Source: a bacterium
GTDB lineage: Bacteria > Electryoneota > RPQS01
Assembly (NCBI GenBank): GCA_026394155.1
Contig: JAPKYT010000117.1
Coordinates: 1,993-65,992, forward strand
Length of the DNA: 64,000 nt
Direction of reading: 5' to 3'
Positions 63,857 to 64,000 of this stretch are shown piece by piece; within the stretch, counting starts at the first letter, position 1; each line of letters starts with the position of its first letter. The notes under the pieces were generated by a model that worked only from the letters and a program-made list of their open reading frames with translations, searched no databases and was not told the DNA's origin. Both the position numbers and the translations under genes were made by a program.

Positions 63857-64000
63857 TTAGGTTGGAGCCTGCTGGGGGCCATCCAGCATTTGGGTCAGGG
63901 CGAGCGGATCAAACAGATACAGTCCCAACCGGTTGTGCAGATCGCGTAAGGAAAGCGTCCAGGCGTTTTCGAACTTGAGCAGGGCCAGCAGCAGATACAG
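63857..64000 (-). CDS. 3' end of a gene that extends beyond the window (C-terminal fragment, unknown function).
   Basis: Minus-strand translation reads ...LYLLLALLKFENAWTLSLRDLHNRLGLYLFDPLALTQMLDGPQQAPT, with TAA at 63857-63859. Host-like high GC. Confidence 0.3.
   Translation of the reverse strand: MYLLLALLKFENAWTLSLRDLHNRLGLYLFDPLALTQMLDGPQQAPT

Noticed and set aside
1-64000. CRISPR arrays, tRNA, rRNA
   Set aside because: The only short repeats are the palindromic element family and protein-coding tandem modules. No regularly spaced identical direct repeats, no cloverleaf-compatible 70-90-nt segments and no rRNA-like conserved blocks were seen.

Overview
This is a high-GC bacterial chromosomal segment, by eye well above 60% GC, with strong G/C bias at third codon positions. 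It was read directly from the sequence and the ORF track; no search tools were run and all domain calls rest on recognised motifs. Five large secreted proteins end in the PNPFNP-type C-terminal sorting domain of the type IX secretion system (T9SS). That suggests a member of the FCB group or a related candidate phylum rather than a proteobacterium. No rRNA, tRNA or CRISPR array was recognised.

Gene content runs as follows.
- 1-5065: the tail of an RND efflux operon (N-terminus of the permease plus the membrane-fusion adaptor), then a sigma-54 response regulator with a sensor histidine kinase that appears disrupted.
- 5.2-38.6 kb: a block rich in T9SS cargo. It holds an S8 subtilase, a 1926-aa beta-helix protein built from three ~1.67-kb tandem repeats, two beta-propeller proteins, a trypsin-like (V8-type) peptidase with PPC domains, and a 2684-aa protein with a proprotein-convertase P-domain plus PPC and FN3 arrays. 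Interleaved in the block are the cysteine-synthesis genes cysE-cysK, an RRM-type RNA-binding protein, and a Rieske / cytochrome b / multiheme cytochrome c operon.
- 39.6-44.4 kb: a sugar-modification cluster, comprising an ArnC-like GT2, a NeuD/PglD-like acetyltransferase, a WecE-like aminotransferase carrying a homopolymer frameshift, and a multi-TM protein split by an in-frame TAG.
- 44.5-59.7 kb: a small PAS-domain protein, carbon starvation protein CstA, a TauE exporter, a MOSC-domain protein, molybdenum-cofactor genes (moeA, moaC-moaB fusion, moaA, mobA), a polysulfide/thiosulfate-type molybdoenzyme operon psrA-psrB-[T9SS BNR-repeat protein]-psrC, a split YeeE/YedE transporter and a rhodanese.
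- 59.8-64.0 kb: a compositionally distinct, AT-richer island. It contains a truncated IS1182-type transposase remnant and a three-gene module: a DUF4041/T5orf172 protein, a small multi-TM protein and a TIR-like (ThsB-type) protein. Next to it sit a nucleotidyltransferase-like small-gene pair and a bidirectional terminator. I regard the three-gene module as the most likely candidate for a previously undescribed system, plausibly a Thoeris-like anti-phage module.

A family of about 55-bp double-hairpin palindromic elements (REP/MITE-like) occurs at three intergenic sites: 20.2 kb, 39.2 kb, and a tandem pair at 54.6 kb. The last lies exactly at the point where the BNR T9SS gene interrupts the psr operon.
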